Below, one piece after another: positions 46,722-57,166 of a DNA stretch of 59,935 nt. The notes under the pieces were generated by a model. The model searched no databases. It was not told the DNA's origin and saw only the letters and a program-made list of their open reading frames with translations. Both the position numbers and the translations under genes were made by a program. The stretch is from IMG/VR virus record IMGVR_UViG_3300005764_000020, positions 1-59,935 of that record; one strand, 5' to 3'. Position 1 is the stretch's first letter; each line of letters begins with the position of its first letter. This stretch comes from a virus (lineage: Duplodnaviria > Caudoviricetes).

Positions 46722-47729
46722 TTAGCCCGCCAGTCCCGTGATCTGCATGACAGCATGAGGCTGATCGACGAAAAACAGCGGCCGGACGCTGGACTGTGTC
46801 CAATACCGCTGCGTCTCCTCCTCATACCAGGACTCGGTCATCAGCGGCTGCTCGACCCGCATCTGCCCGACCTGACCGGAGGCAACGACAATCGCCGTGC
46901 CAGCCGCGACGCGGTTGGTGACGAAGATGTCGTAGCCCGTGCTGGCGAGCAGATCGTTGAGCATGTTGCCGTAGATCGTCGCCAGGTTGAAGTATTCCTG
47001 TGGATTCATGATCCACAGATCGTACACGTAGCCAAGCTCCTCCGTCTCGGCCAGCTGCGTGATTCGAGCGAAGTCACGTCCCGGCCAGAGGGTGGCGTTG
47101 GATGCAGACGAACCCGTGGTGACCACGGTCGTCCAGTTGTTGCCTGTCGTTGTCCGCGAGTTCGCGGTGATCGCTGCGTTGAGAACGTCGATTGCCCGCT
47201 GGTTGATCTTGCGGACAATCGTGTTTGCCAGCTGACGGATCTGGCGAGTGTAGACGGAGACATCGTTGCGATCTCGCGCCTCCACCGTCATGAAGAACTT
47301 GCCGCCCCACTTCTCGACAGTCGCGACCTTGGGTGCACGCCGCTGGGAGGTGAGGACAGGGAACTCTGTACCTGGAGCGATCATCTCCAGATCACGAGTC
47401 AGGTACAACTCGTTGACCTGGATCTCATCGTAGATCACGGCTCCACCGGTGACGCCACCGGCGCTGGTGAAAACACGATCTGCGAAGAAGCGTTGGAGCG
47501 TGAGATCCATCAGCGTGCGGGTGACTCGCGTTGGCTGCTGGAGTGCCCAGTCCACGGTGTAGGTCGTACCGCTGACCGTTGGAGGGCCGAGCGGATGCGG
47601 CACCGGGTTGGGGAAGTAGGATGCCTCGATCTTCTTCTCACAGGTGATGACGATGTCCTGCGCCTTGACGCCAGCATCGAGCATCGCCTCCAGATTGGGC
47701 TCCAGTTCCGGAAGTAGTGTTCTCCTCAT
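46722..47729 (-). CDS. Major capsid protein
   Basis: IAPGTEFP, KWGGKF..T.EA.DRN, WIMNP; follows protease and decoration genes. Confidence 0.85.
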   Translation of the reverse strand: MRRTLLPELEPNLEAMLDAGVKAQDIVITCEKKIEASYFPNPVPHPLGPPTVSGTTYTVDWALQQPTRVTRTLMDLTLQRFFADRVFTSAGGVTGGAVIYDEIQVNELYLTRDLEMIAPGTEFPVLTSQRRAPKVATVEKWGGKFFMTVEARDRNDVSVYTRQIRQLANTIVRKINQRAIDVLNAAITANSRTTTGNNWTTVVTTGSSASNATLWPGRDFARITQLAETEELGYVYDLWIMNPQEYFNLATIYGNMLNDLLASTGYDIFVTNRVAAGTAIVVASGQVGQMRVEQPLMTESWYEEETQRYWTQSSVRPLFFVDQPHAVMQITGLAG

Positions 47730-47741
47730 GTTCACCTCCTT

Positions 47742-48197
47742 CTATGCGCCGCCGAGGAGCAGCAGCACTTCCACGTCTGCTCCTACCGTTGCCTGGGTGT
47801 CCATCGCCGTGCCGACGACGATGCCTGTCGAGTGCGGAACAACACGCCCAGACGTATCCACGTCCAGATCCTGTCCCGCCGTGACTGCTGCTCCAATGGT
47901 AATCGGCACGGAGCCGTCACGGATGATCGTGACCATCGCGTTCTGCGGAGCGTCGAACGCGAACACGCCCAGCACGCGAGCGCCTGCCGTGACACACTGG
48001 CCGACCGAGTACACGTTCGACTTGTCGGCTGAAGCATCGGACACGAGGCCAGCAGCCTGCTGACCCGATGCGACAAGTGTCGATGTCTTGGCTGCGGTGA
48101 TGACTGCGCACCGCTTGCCCGTAGCTCCCGCTGCCGGCGTGACCTTGCCGGTGATGCGCCGAGCCTCTTCCTTGAATGGGATGCAGTCATTGGCCAC
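47742..48197 (-). CDS. Capsid decoration/cement protein (DUF2190-like)
   Basis: LGV...DA.....V..I..G.V....GAAVTAG....VD.SGR. Confidence 0.75.
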   Translation of the reverse strand: MANDCIPFKEEARRITGKVTPAAGATGKRCAVITAAKTSTLVASGQQAAGLVSDASADKSNVYSVGQCVTAGARVLGVFAFDAPQNAMVTIIRDGSVPITIGAAVTAGQDLDVDTSGRVVPHSTGIVVGTAMDTQATVGADVEVLLLLGGA

Positions 48198-49714
48198 TAG
48201 ACCGCACCTCCCACGCCGTAGTGTTGATCCTGCGTGACGCGACCAGAGGCGGCTGCCTCCTCACGAGCACGCAGCTTCTTGACCTCGGGGAACCAGTCGT
48301 CTGGCAGTCCCACGCCGTTGCCGGCGGCGACTTCATCCGCTGCCCCGGTGCTGCCCCGCTCGCGGACGGGAATGACCCCGGCCTGGAGCGAGTTGATGAA
48401 CTCGATGGTGGCCTGCCGGGAACCAGAGTTGTTCAGCTGCGAGAGGTAGCTGGCCCTGGCCGATGGCGGGAACCGACCATCGCGGATGGCTGCGTCCACG
48501 ATCTGCTCGTTGGCAGCCGCCACCCGCTCCTCCTCGTGCCGTCGAGCCAGAGCAGCATCTCGCTGCAATGACTCGAAAGCGGCAGCGTCCACGGTGACTG
48601 CCCTGGGCCTGCTCCCGGCCTGGACATCGTCGTCCGTTGATTCGTCTCCCTCGTCGCCCTCCGTTGCCTCTTCCGTGGACTCCTCCTCGGTGCCCTCGGT
48701 GGACTCGGTGGACTCTTCAGTTGACTCCTCATCCGCTGTCGAGGAGGCAATGACGCGGCTCGTGGCGGCCTGGATCTGCTCGTCTGTCGCTTCGACGGGC
48801 AGGCCAAGGCTCGCACAAAGCTCGGCGCGAGTCATATCGCCTCCTGTGTTGGTGGTATCGGGGCGCGATTCGGCCCTCGTTGCGTAGATGATGGCATCCT
48901 CACCCTCACCAACGAGGGCCGAAGCGGCTATGCCAGCTGCCATCGATGCTGGCACATCTTTGTAATCCAAGACGACCTGGGCTGGATTCTCGAAGGTCAC
49001 ATCATCTCCGTCGATGTCGAACCCGACACGGAACAGGTGACCATCGTCATCATCTACGATCAGTTCGTCCGGATCGAGGCGCATGCCACGAATCCACCAG
49101 AACTTGGTCGCATCACCAGCGTCGTCCAGGAACTCGTAGTACCTGGTGCGAACATCCTCGATGTTCATCGCAGCATTGACACCTCCTACTTGCACTCCTG
49201 GCGGCCCATCTGCATCGAGAAGCAGAGGCAGATCCTCCAGGGTCGAGCATCCCGGCCAGGTAATGCCTAGCAGGGACACCGCAGTCAAGACCATCCGGTA
49301 TTTGCGCCCCGTGACGGTCTTGTGATTCTCGATGATGTTGACATCGACACCAAGCCCTGCCTCGATACTCCGCCCTGGGTAGGCAATCGGTATCAGGTTC
49401 GCCAGCCAGTCAAAGGTGACATAGTCACCGTAGACGGACTGACCGTTGTTGCCGATGGCCAGGTTCTCGACGCGGCCGAGTGCTGGCTCACCATCGAACT
49501 CGGCATCGTTGAACCTCGGGTCTTTGTGTCCGATCTTCAGGCGAGGCCCGACGATTGCCGGATCCTGGATCGCCGCAACAGCATCCTGTAGCTCCTCCTC
49601 CGTGAAGGTTTTGGGGCCAGTAGCTAGTGCGTACTCGATGCCCGTCGAGATGATGGGGATGCCTCGGATGGCCGAGTACGACGTTCCAGGAATCTTCTCA
49701 ACTACCAGGCTCAC
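48197..49714 (-). CDS. Capsid maturation protease fused to scaffold (Mu I-like)
   Basis: LKIGH...EPALG..., YPGRSIE, LTAVSLLG..PG; acidic linker; VDAAIRDGRFPPS. Confidence 0.8.
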   Translation of the reverse strand: MSLVVEKIPGTSYSAIRGIPIISTGIEYALATGPKTFTEEELQDAVAAIQDPAIVGPRLKIGHKDPRFNDAEFDGEPALGRVENLAIGNNGQSVYGDYVTFDWLANLIPIAYPGRSIEAGLGVDVNIIENHKTVTGRKYRMVLTAVSLLGITWPGCSTLEDLPLLLDADGPPGVQVGGVNAAMNIEDVRTRYYEFLDDAGDATKFWWIRGMRLDPDELIVDDDDGHLFRVGFDIDGDDVTFENPAQVVLDYKDVPASMAAGIAASALVGEGEDAIIYATRAESRPDTTNTGGDMTRAELCASLGLPVEATDEQIQAATSRVIASSTADEESTEESTESTEGTEEESTEEATEGDEGDESTDDDVQAGSRPRAVTVDAAAFESLQRDAALARRHEEERVAAANEQIVDAAIRDGRFPPSARASYLSQLNNSGSRQATIEFINSLQAGVIPVRERGSTGAADEVAAGNGVGLPDDWFPEVKKLRAREEAAASGRVTQDQHYGVGGAV

Positions 49715-49893
49715 GGTGTCTTGAGCCCCGTTCCCCGCGAGCGCTGGAGCGCTGCGTGTAGTTGGGCACCTGCCGTCGTCGCGCCTGCTGACTCGGGCTT
49801 GGCCTGGTTCTGAACCTCCCACTTGGCTGTGGGGATGTTCTTGTCACCGCCGCTGCGCTCGCCGCGCACACGGGCATGAATCTTACCGGCCAT
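49711..49893 (-). CDS. Small basic hypothetical protein
   Basis: GAAAGGAGG RBS; GTGA overlap with protease. Confidence 0.6.
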   Translation of the reverse strand: MAGKIHARVRGERSGGDKNIPTAKWEVQNQAKPESAGATTAGAQLHAALQRSRGTGLKTP

Positions 49894-49956
49894 ACGGCCT
49901 CCTTTCGTACATAGCAGCAGAGTCTACTACAGATGGCGGACGATGGCCGCCGACCG

Positions 49957-50418
49957 TCACCGTGTCCTCCGATTCGCCGCCTGAGCAACCGGAGTCGCCC
50001 AGCGACAGTTGTCGGGCTCATAATGACCGTTGTTGTCGATCCGGTCGAGCGTCATCCGAACTGGGCATTCGCCCATGTCCGCCAGAAAGTGCTCAAATTT
50101 GAGCCACCGGCGACAAACTCGGATCCCTCGTCCACCGTATCGAGCGTAGTTGTGCGCCTGCGGATTCCGACAGCGCCGTAGCATATCCTCCCATGACTTG
50201 TATGTCGCCGTCTGGTACATCCCATGCTTTCGACGGTTATGTCCTGGTAGGAATCGCATCGGCTGCCCCTTGACGTGACCGTCGCGCTTGTTTGTCCAGC
50301 GAGCGATCCGTGTCGTCCCTCCACAACCGCACTCGCAGAAATGTGCGGACAGTTCCCGCCGGGAGGGAGCAACTCCCGACACCGTGCGCTTACGGGAAGT
50401 TGTCCGCACGCTTGTCAA
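49957..50418 (-). CDS. HNH homing endonuclease
   Basis: [42 protein letters not shown]. Confidence 0.9.
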   Translation of the reverse strand: MTSVRTTSRKRTVSGVAPSRRELSAHFCECGCGGTTRIARWTNKRDGHVKGQPMRFLPGHNRRKHGMYQTATYKSWEDMLRRCRNPQAHNYARYGGRGIRVCRRWLKFEHFLADMGECPVRMTLDRIDNNGHYEPDNCRWATPVAQAANRRTR

Positions 50419-51824
50419 CCCTGACTCCCTGTGCCCTGCTTGGTCGTCCCAGCGGGCTTTGGCGGGTGTTGCGGATTCTTCTCACTGCCCGGAGGCTGAC
50501 CCTGCCCGGCTGTCCCTGGGCCAGACGGTTGGCGCGGCGCGAGCGGGACAGGGTCAGGCGCTCCGTCCATCTTCGGAGGCAGGCCTGTCTCTTTGCGTAG
50601 GGCAACCTCCAAATCCCGGTCGAGCACGATAGCGCCGCTCGTGATCAAAGCATTGATCTCGGTGAGAGCTAGGTCGATGTCCTGGTCATAGCCGAGCAAG
50701 GGCACGAACTCCTCGCTATCGCCCCAGTTCCAGTTGACGTAATCCTCGATCACGTGCATATTGAACACGTCAGTGAACCAGTCGGCTACCGCTGCCTGGC
50801 CCTGGGCAAAGAACTCATGGAACGTCCTGCCGAGCGCTCGACTGCCAGTAGTCGTCATTCCCAGCTGGAGCATCATCAGCAGCCACTGCCTTGCCATCGA
50901 CTCGTCGTGGTAGCGCATCGACTCGACTACGTTGGTGTTGCCGGCGCGGGCGATCTGCATCTCAGCACCGTACGGGATCGCACCACCCGCCTGTTCACCA
51001 ATCTTGAAATCGCGAGCCATCTTGTGTAGCGCGTCTAGCTCCGCAGGTGTAGCTCCAGGTTGCCCCACGACGTACGGCACGCCACCGGCACGTCCGTGGT
51101 TGATGACATCGATCCGGACGAGCTTGTCCTTGCAGAGCCAATTCTTGTAGCAGTCTCTCATAGCGCTGCGTCCGATCCACGATCCATCCTCCTGCTCCCA
51201 GATGTACGCAACGAGGTTATCCACCGGGATCGTCGGCATCTGCAACATGTAAGCATTGCCTTGGTTGACGCTCTGCTGGATGTAGACGAGTCCGCCGTCG
51301 TCAGCGACCCCAATGTTGGCAATGTATTTCTGCGGCCGTTCAGCAAGCTTTTTCAAATGCCAATTGCCGTCTGGGCCGATGAAGCCGACCTGCTCGAAGT
51401 AGGCGTGTCCGTAGATGAGGCCGCGCATCGCCAGGCGCAGATGCTCCTTGAAATTGAAGCGCCCCTGGGAGCGGCGACGTGGCTTGACTTTCTTCTCACC
51501 TTGGATAGGGAGGTTCAAGTCCTGAGAGCAGGCTTGAACAATATTGTCCGGCGCTCCGTTAGGAATGATGTACCAGTCGAAGCGCCGGATCGGGAGGGTT
51601 GTGCCCTTAAAGAGAGCCGACATCTGTGAGTCAGTCCGCATCTCGTTGTAGACCCTGACCGACTGGGGCCACTTCAGTTCCGGCACGTACTCGACATCGT
51701 CCATCATGATGCCCCAAGACATCATCCCGGCTGGGCCGAGCGTGCCCTGGAGAACGACGCCGATCTCATCGACCGGCGGTTTGCCTGTCTGTTGCGGAAC
51801 TGGAGTGTAGAGCGCGTTGCTCAT
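50415..51824 (-). CDS. Portal protein (DUF935/Mu gp29-like)
   Basis: [34 protein letters not shown]. Confidence 0.88.
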   Translation of the reverse strand: MSNALYTPVPQQTGKPPVDEIGVVLQGTLGPAGMMSWGIMMDDVEYVPELKWPQSVRVYNEMRTDSQMSALFKGTTLPIRRFDWYIIPNGAPDNIVQACSQDLNLPIQGEKKVKPRRRSQGRFNFKEHLRLAMRGLIYGHAYFEQVGFIGPDGNWHLKKLAERPQKYIANIGVADDGGLVYIQQSVNQGNAYMLQMPTIPVDNLVAYIWEQEDGSWIGRSAMRDCYKNWLCKDKLVRIDVINHGRAGGVPYVVGQPGATPAELDALHKMARDFKIGEQAGGAIPYGAEMQIARAGNTNVVESMRYHDESMARQWLLMMLQLGMTTTGSRALGRTFHEFFAQGQAAVADWFTDVFNMHVIEDYVNWNWGDSEEFVPLLGYDQDIDLALTEINALITSGAIVLDRDLEVALRKETGLPPKMDGAPDPVPLAPRQPSGPGTAGQGQPPGSEKNPQHPPKPAGTTKQGTGSQG

Positions 51825-51977
51825 CTAGCCCCTCGGCCCTCGACTGTTGAGCGGATACGGCTTCACGAGCCGCTTCATCTTGTTCGTGCCAGCAACGCCC
51901 GACTTGCTAACCTTGGCACCGACCTTCGGAACACCGGTGCCCTTGCCTGACTTACTGGCTCCCCGTAGTCCCATCAT
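51825..51977 (-). CDS. Small Lys/Gly-rich basic protein
   Basis: GGGAGGGA RBS; MMGLRGASKSGKG... Confidence 0.55.
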   Translation of the reverse strand: MMGLRGASKSGKGTGVPKVGAKVSKSGVAGTNKMKRLVKPYPLNSRGPRG

Positions 51978-52170
51978 TTCCTCCCTTCCCATTTGTGTGC
52001 CTGTAGATCGCATAAGCACCTGACAGAAGAGCAACCAATCCGAGCAAGATGTCGCGCATCGTGCCGGTGCCATCCGCTCCGATCGCGGCCAATACCGTAA
52101 AGCACAACAAGGCCACGATTACGACTACCCCCACGATCAGGAAAGCCCGATCCGCTGATTCGCTTGGCAT
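51952..52170 (-). CDS. Holin-like protein with two transmembrane segments
   Basis: Two hydrophobic segments; adjacent to M23 peptidase. Confidence 0.6.
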   Translation of the reverse strand: MPSESADRAFLIVGVVVIVALLCFTVLAAIGADGTGTMRDILLGLVALLSGAYAIYRHTNGKGGNDGTTGSQ

Positions 52171-52643
52171 TAGACACCAGCTGCAATTTGATTGCCGACG
52201 ATTCGTGGCGCCTCAGCCACGTTCTTGATTGCCCGCTGACTCGCGCGCATACCCATCGGATGCGTGACACCGAGGTGTGTGTGGCTTCGGCCCGGATCTC
52301 CCGGCCACTGCCCGACTCGACCGATGATGTCTCCGCGCTTGACCCTCTGGCCGAGCTTAACGAAGCGCAGATCCTGATGGGTGTAGAAGTACATGAGCCC
52401 ATCGCGAGTCATCAGGTAGGTGTTCCAGCCGTAGATGTCGCCGTTGACTCCTCCAGCAGGGTCGTGTCCCGACAACCGCCAGATTGTGCCTGCCTCGACG
52501 GCGAGCACTGGCGTGCCGCCTGGAGCCATGAAGTCGAGCGCCCAGTTGTGCGCGAGTCCACCCGTCTCATGGATCCACTTCTCATTGACGGTACTCTTGG
52601 AGCCCTTCGGATGCGGGTAGCAGAGTCTGCGAGACGTTGCCAT
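52170..52643 (-). CDS. M23 peptidase, probable endolysin
   Basis: HNWALDF...GTPVLAV..G, YTH, V..GQRV.RG..IG, HTHLG. Confidence 0.85.
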   Translation of the reverse strand: MATSRRLCYPHPKGSKSTVNEKWIHETGGLAHNWALDFMAPGGTPVLAVEAGTIWRLSGHDPAGGVNGDIYGWNTYLMTRDGLMYFYTHQDLRFVKLGQRVKRGDIIGRVGQWPGDPGRSHTHLGVTHPMGMRASQRAIKNVAEAPRIVGNQIAAGV

Positions 52644-52738
52644 TACGGCCTCTTCCACCAACCGCCTGCGGTGAGAAGCGTCACCACAGCGATGACGCAG
52701 ACTGCGACTGTCGTGATCCATCCTGCGGTTTGGGTCAT
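52643..52738 (-). CDS. 31-aa single-TM peptide
   Basis: MTQTAGWITTVAVCVIAVVTLLTAGGWWKRP; overlaps terminase stop and peptidase start. Confidence 0.55.
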   Translation of the reverse strand: MTQTAGWITTVAVCVIAVVTLLTAGGWWKRP

Positions 52739-54189
52739 CACATGCTCCTTGTCATGATATCGCCGGATACATCTTCATCGCCGCTACGCAGGATCGGCTG
52801 CGCGACGATGGTTGAGTAGATCGCGGCGTCCGCATGGTTCGGGCTCTTCAAGCCGCGCTTCTTCATATCGTCCTTTGACTCAACGACTATTCGGCCGCTG
52901 AGGTCGGTAGACCATTTCGGCTGCTGTAGCTCGGCGGCAAGCTGCTGATCCTCGGGATCCAGGTCTATGAGCCCCTGCTCCATGAGGGTGCGCATCGTCC
53001 ACCAAGCCTCGGAGCGTTTGTTGTTGAACTTCGTCGGCAGTAGCGCTCGCTCCGATCCCTGGAAGGCCCCAACCTCGCATCCCCGCTGGCGGAGACGGTC
53101 GTACACACCGGCGCCCAATCCGATGGAATCGACCATTGCGGGGATGCGGATTGGATAGAAGCGGGTCAGGTACTCGTAGATTTTGTCCGCCGATCTCATC
53201 GTGTCCATCTTTGCCCAGGAGTCGAGTCGGCGGATCTGACCTCCTCTATTGTGGTAGATCACGGTCTTGTCCTCGCCCATTCGGGAGATGTCGATCCCGT
53301 ACCTACCGTGAGCTAGGCCGGACAGGTCGGTGCCGTGTGCCATGGCGATCATAGCCGGGCTGATCACGGACTCGTCCGACGTGTCCGGCCATTTTGCGTG
53401 TACTTTGGAGAGGAACAGGTTACTTTCCTCACCCCATTCCTCCCGGCGCTCCTCGACCCAGCCTTGGCTGGTCAGAGATGCTGCCACTTCATCTGGGACG
53501 TACTCACCGGTGAAATTGGGCGTATCCCAGGCCGAGATATTGATGACATTGTAGAGAGAACCGGGTTGACACTTGAAGCGGAACTCGGACGCAGGATCAT
53601 CAGGGTTGCCGATTGCCAGGACTCTGGAATCGTCGTTGGTGACGATGGACATGACCGCGTTCCAGAGCGGTATTGGGATACCGCAGGCTTCGTCAAGTAG
53701 CGCCAAGACGTAACGTGCGTGAATCCCCTGGAATGAGTCCTCATCGTAGTCCTGTGGCTTCCGACCAATTGCAATGAGTTCCTCACTCGACTTCCCTTCT
53801 CCCATGTACCACATACATTCGAGCGTGATCCTGCCAGGGAGCTTGGCCTTGCGATGAGCGCGGCGAATCTCGCGCCAGAGGATCGCCTGAACCTGGTGCC
53901 AGGACGGGGCTGTCGTGAGTACAAACGCTGATCCCAGCGGATGTACCTCCGGATCGAGCCACCAGGCGGCGATCCTTGACGCGATAAATGACTTGCCGGG
54001 GCCGTGACAAGCCTCGACAGCCGTGTACTTGTTATCGCGCACGGACTCGCAAATCTCGACTTGTTTGCTCCAAATGAACTCATTCAGCCGCGTATTGATG
54101 TAGACAACCGGATCCTGCAGGTACGGGCTCGGCTGAGGGTCGAAATAGCGCAAAGCCGCCGCAGCAGTGCCGGGCGGCAGCTTCCCCAT
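52738..54189 (-). CDS. terL: Terminase large subunit
   Basis: ACHGPGKS, TTAP, LDEACG, IGNP, GIDISRMG.D, D.IG.GAGV.D, SPNHADA. Confidence 0.95.
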   Translation of the reverse strand: MGKLPPGTAAAALRYFDPQPSPYLQDPVVYINTRLNEFIWSKQVEICESVRDNKYTAVEACHGPGKSFIASRIAAWWLDPEVHPLGSAFVLTTAPSWHQVQAILWREIRRAHRKAKLPGRITLECMWYMGEGKSSEELIAIGRKPQDYDEDSFQGIHARYVLALLDEACGIPIPLWNAVMSIVTNDDSRVLAIGNPDDPASEFRFKCQPGSLYNVINISAWDTPNFTGEYVPDEVAASLTSQGWVEERREEWGEESNLFLSKVHAKWPDTSDESVISPAMIAMAHGTDLSGLAHGRYGIDISRMGEDKTVIYHNRGGQIRRLDSWAKMDTMRSADKIYEYLTRFYPIRIPAMVDSIGLGAGVYDRLRQRGCEVGAFQGSERALLPTKFNNKRSEAWWTMRTLMEQGLIDLDPEDQQLAAELQQPKWSTDLSGRIVVESKDDMKKRGLKSPNHADAAIYSTIVAQPILRSGDEDVSGDIMTRSM

Positions 54190-54209
54190 CTGCTCGTGTT
54201 CGATGAACT

Positions 54210-54920
54210 CTAAGACTTCGATAGCTGAGCCACCGCCTCGATGTCTGCCGGCTGGACAGCCTTACCGCCCTCCAGCAGGATCAGGTGCTTGCGGACGGAA
54301 TGCTTGGCTAGCTGCATCTGGTGCGGAGTCAACTCGATATCACCCAGCACACCATGCATGAAGCGGGCGATGGTCTCGCCGTACTGCTCGGCCAGCTTGA
54401 TGGCGCGCTCCGCCAGTCCGAGCTTGACGGCCTCGGAACTGAACTTGAACAGGCGGTGCTGCGCTGCGGTGCGCTCGCGCACAAGCACGTTCATCTGCCG
54501 GCCGACGATGGTGTCCTCGTACCAATCCTCTTCAAGATCAATCTCGGCGATCTGGTCGGATAGCCACTTGATCTCTCCGGCAGTCATTCGGATAACCCAG
54601 ATCATCGCTTCGACCGGGTTCATGTCGATGGGGCACCCCATGAGTCGCGCCTCGGCCGCGAGGATGTTCTTGCGGACGTTCGGGGCGTTACCGCCGTGCC
54701 AGCGGCAGTGTCCCTGACCTAGATGAGTGGTGCCGGCGCCAGCCCTGTTCTTGCAGGGCACACCGGCCGATGTCATGACGCCGCACTTATTGCCGATGGT
54801 GATCTGGGCGAGCTTCTTGTCTCGCTGGCGCTGTTCCTTGCGCTTGACCTTGGCTTCCTCACGTGGTTTGTCTTGCGATGGGGTGTAGAGCTTGGTTCTG
54901 CCGGATCTGTTCTGCGCCAT
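54210..54920 (-). CDS. Probable terminase small subunit with HGG zinc-finger motif
   Basis: CG....G.PC...AG.GT.H.G.G.C.WHGG; directly upstream of terL. Confidence 0.7.
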   Translation of the reverse strand: MAQNRSGRTKLYTPSQDKPREEAKVKRKEQRQRDKKLAQITIGNKCGVMTSAGVPCKNRAGAGTTHLGQGHCRWHGGNAPNVRKNILAAEARLMGCPIDMNPVEAMIWVIRMTAGEIKWLSDQIAEIDLEEDWYEDTIVGRQMNVLVRERTAAQHRLFKFSSEAVKLGLAERAIKLAEQYGETIARFMHGVLGDIELTPHQMQLAKHSVRKHLILLEGGKAVQPADIEAVAQLSKS

Positions 54921-55126
54921 CAGAGCGGCCTGTCCGGGGGTCGAATTGTAAAGCTCGGGCCTTCAATCGGCTTGTCGTAGCGACGACCGACGTACTCGCC
55001 ACCGGTGAAGACTTTGAACGGCACCGGTATTTGACCGGGGCCAACCTCTATCGGCACCTCCACCTGAGCCGGACTCGGGCACCAATCGGGGAGGCGCGGA
55101 GTGACGACGTATGGGCCGGTGAACAT
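54920..55126 (-). CDS. Hypothetical Pro-rich protein
   Basis: TGATG overlap with next gene. Confidence 0.4.
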   Translation of the reverse strand: MFTGPYVVTPRLPDWCPSPAQVEVPIEVGPGQIPVPFKVFTGGEYVGRRYDKPIEGPSFTIRPPDRPL

Positions 55127-55167
55127 GTGGCGGATCGTAGCGCCCTAGCCGGACAGCAGCCGAAACA

Positions 55168-55764
55168 CTAGGCAGGAAGCCGATTTCGGCGGAAGCGAAC
55201 GGGCGTTCGCGTCTGGCGAACTGGGCGCGAAGCGTTGTGGCGGAAATACTCGGCCAATCGGAAGGCAACGTGTCGCCAAGCGTCGCACTCATGGGCCTTC
55301 CCAGCCTTGTAAACACCCCAGAGCTTCAATCGGTCGTTCTTTGCGAACCCCTTCACATTGCCTGCTAGCTGCCAGTGGATCTGGACGGGGCCGGTCGGGC
55401 CGTTGTTGTTGCGCTCCCACTCATGCAAGCCGCCAATCCGCATCCCGTACAGGCCCCAGCCGATCTTGACCGGGCTCAGGGGGTCGCCGCTCTTCACGAA
55501 CGGCACATCGAGGTAGTCCTCAACGCACATGTAGACGAGGTGAGGCGAGATACCGATGCCTACGCATTCCTTGTAGAAGCGGCGCCACCTTTGATTGAGT
55601 TCTATTATCTGATCGCGGTATCTGCCCTCGACTGTCCAGGACTGCTTGTACATCGCAGACTTGAACGCCGCCTCAATTGTTGGCTCGTCCGTGTGAAAGA
55701 CAGCCTGTGCCCCGCCGGTCTTACCGCCAGGGTCGATCCCCATTATTGCTAGGGCGTTCTCCAT
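55168..55764 (-). CDS. RuvC-like Holliday junction resolvase
   Basis: IMGIDPGGKTG, CVEDY, HECDA. Confidence 0.8.
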   Translation of the reverse strand: MENALAIMGIDPGGKTGGAQAVFHTDEPTIEAAFKSAMYKQSWTVEGRYRDQIIELNQRWRRFYKECVGIGISPHLVYMCVEDYLDVPFVKSGDPLSPVKIGWGLYGMRIGGLHEWERNNNGPTGPVQIHWQLAGNVKGFAKNDRLKLWGVYKAGKAHECDAWRHVAFRLAEYFRHNASRPVRQTRTPVRFRRNRLPA

Positions 55765-56125
55765 GAATGACCTCCATCAGGTGCTCCAGAGCCGGAATCG
55801 GCTCTCCTGGTGTGCCTGTGTACCAGTCGGCTACGCGCTCGCAGACCTGCTCTAGCGCCAATAGCCGACCCACCCAACCGAACTGCACGCCCGCCTTGTG
55901 GGCGTTGCGGTTATCGAAGTGGTTGGTGTGCGTATGCTCACGGCAGAGCGGGCACCACAAAGGTGTGCGCAGATCCTCGGTGTCTTCACCGGCAACTGAC
56001 ATGCGTTTGTGATGGGTTTTCATCCGTTGCCGGTGGGTGGGGGCCGTGCTCCCCCTCGAACATCGACCCCCACCCGGAGGGTACCACTGCCCTTGTGTAA
56101 GAGCGGAGGGAGTATACCCGATCAT
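55721..56125 (-). CDS. Hypothetical Cys/His-containing protein
   Basis: WCPLCREH; ATGA overlap upstream. Confidence 0.5.
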   Translation of the reverse strand: MIGYTPSALTQGQWYPPGGGRCSRGSTAPTHRQRMKTHHKRMSVAGEDTEDLRTPLWCPLCREHTHTNHFDNRNAHKAGVQFGWVGRLLALEQVCERVADWYTGTPGEPIPALEHLMEVIHGERPSNNGDRPWR

Positions 56126-56352
56126 CCGGCCGGTGTCTCCCCCTCATCCGTATAGGGCTTCAGGCGCTCTTCAGAGCCAATCGGATCCAATTCGCCAGCT
56201 TGTGCTAGCAGGTTGGTATGCACCCGGTTCAAGTCGAGCCCCTGGAGGTTCTGGCGGCTGAACATCTTGTTCATGTAGTACCACTTGATGAAGTACATGA
56301 CTGGTAGTAGCCAGACACAGCCTAGTATGATGGCGACCGTTTGCCAGCTCAT
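56122..56352 (-). CDS. Small membrane protein
   Basis: MSWQTVAIILGCVWLLPVMYFIKWYY; ATGA overlap. Confidence 0.6.
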   Translation of the reverse strand: MSWQTVAIILGCVWLLPVMYFIKWYYMNKMFSRQNLQGLDLNRVHTNLLAQAGELDPIGSEERLKPYTDEGETPAG

Positions 56353-57164
56353 ACGAACAGGATGTTCTTGTATTTGCGCAGAATGGTGAAGTCTGCCGCT
56401 GGCGCCCGCTCCAGGGAGTAGTAGCTGATGCCTGCTGTGAGGCCATACTGTTGTGCCTCTTTGATGTCTTTGAGTTCCTGCTCCAGGTCGCTGCCCTCCA
56501 GGCCAGTAGCTTCCGTGGTCGGGTGGATGAAGGAGAGAGGTAGCCCTCGGTTGTAGGGTGCTGTCGGATCCTTGATGTTGAAGTCGGTGTGGGCGTTCTG
56601 TTTGAGCCACTTCATGCGCGCCTGCGGCGTCGTGGCGCCGTCGCGGTTGTAGTAGGAGGAGTACCACTGTGGCCCGTGCCGCCATTTCAGGTCGTACATA
56701 GAGCGGGGTGGGGCCAAGGTTCTGCCGTTGTAGATGTAGGCGTTGTTCGGGCCTAGTGATGAGAGCAGGAGATCTGTGGCCGGGAGGCGGTCACGAAGCC
56801 GTTGCATGAGTTCTGGGAGTAGCTGGACGCCTGGACTTGGGTAGGCGTAGGCTAGCTCCGCGTCGAGGATAACAAGCGGGAGGTGGTAGTTGAGGGTTAA
56901 GGCTGCGATGTCGCGGGCGTAGTTATATGGTGTCTGCTTGTTGGTTGCGTTGAACCAGCCGCCGACTTCCAGGCCTACCTGGTTGGCGCGGTTCTGCAGC
57001 TTGGTCAGATTTGCAACGTTCCAGGGGCCAGCCCTATCATCCTCATAGATCACGGGGGCGATCCACTTACCGCCTGCCCAGCTGAAATTGTGTAGGTGGT
57101 CATCAGTCAGGTTCTCGCCCGTATACACGAACGCACCTAATGCCCTGAACCTGTTATATGCCAT
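56349..57164 (-). CDS. Glycoside hydrolase-like (TIM barrel) protein, possible second lysin
   Basis: GLEVGGW, VILDAE, PQWY, GISYY pattern. Confidence 0.5.
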   Translation of the reverse strand: MAYNRFRALGAFVYTGENLTDDHLHNFSWAGGKWIAPVIYEDDRAGPWNVANLTKLQNRANQVGLEVGGWFNATNKQTPYNYARDIAALTLNYHLPLVILDAELAYAYPSPGVQLLPELMQRLRDRLPATDLLLSSLGPNNAYIYNGRTLAPPRSMYDLKWRHGPQWYSSYYNRDGATTPQARMKWLKQNAHTDFNIKDPTAPYNRGLPLSFIHPTTEATGLEGSDLEQELKDIKEAQQYGLTAGISYYSLERAPAADFTILRKYKNILFV

Positions 57165-57166
57165 TG

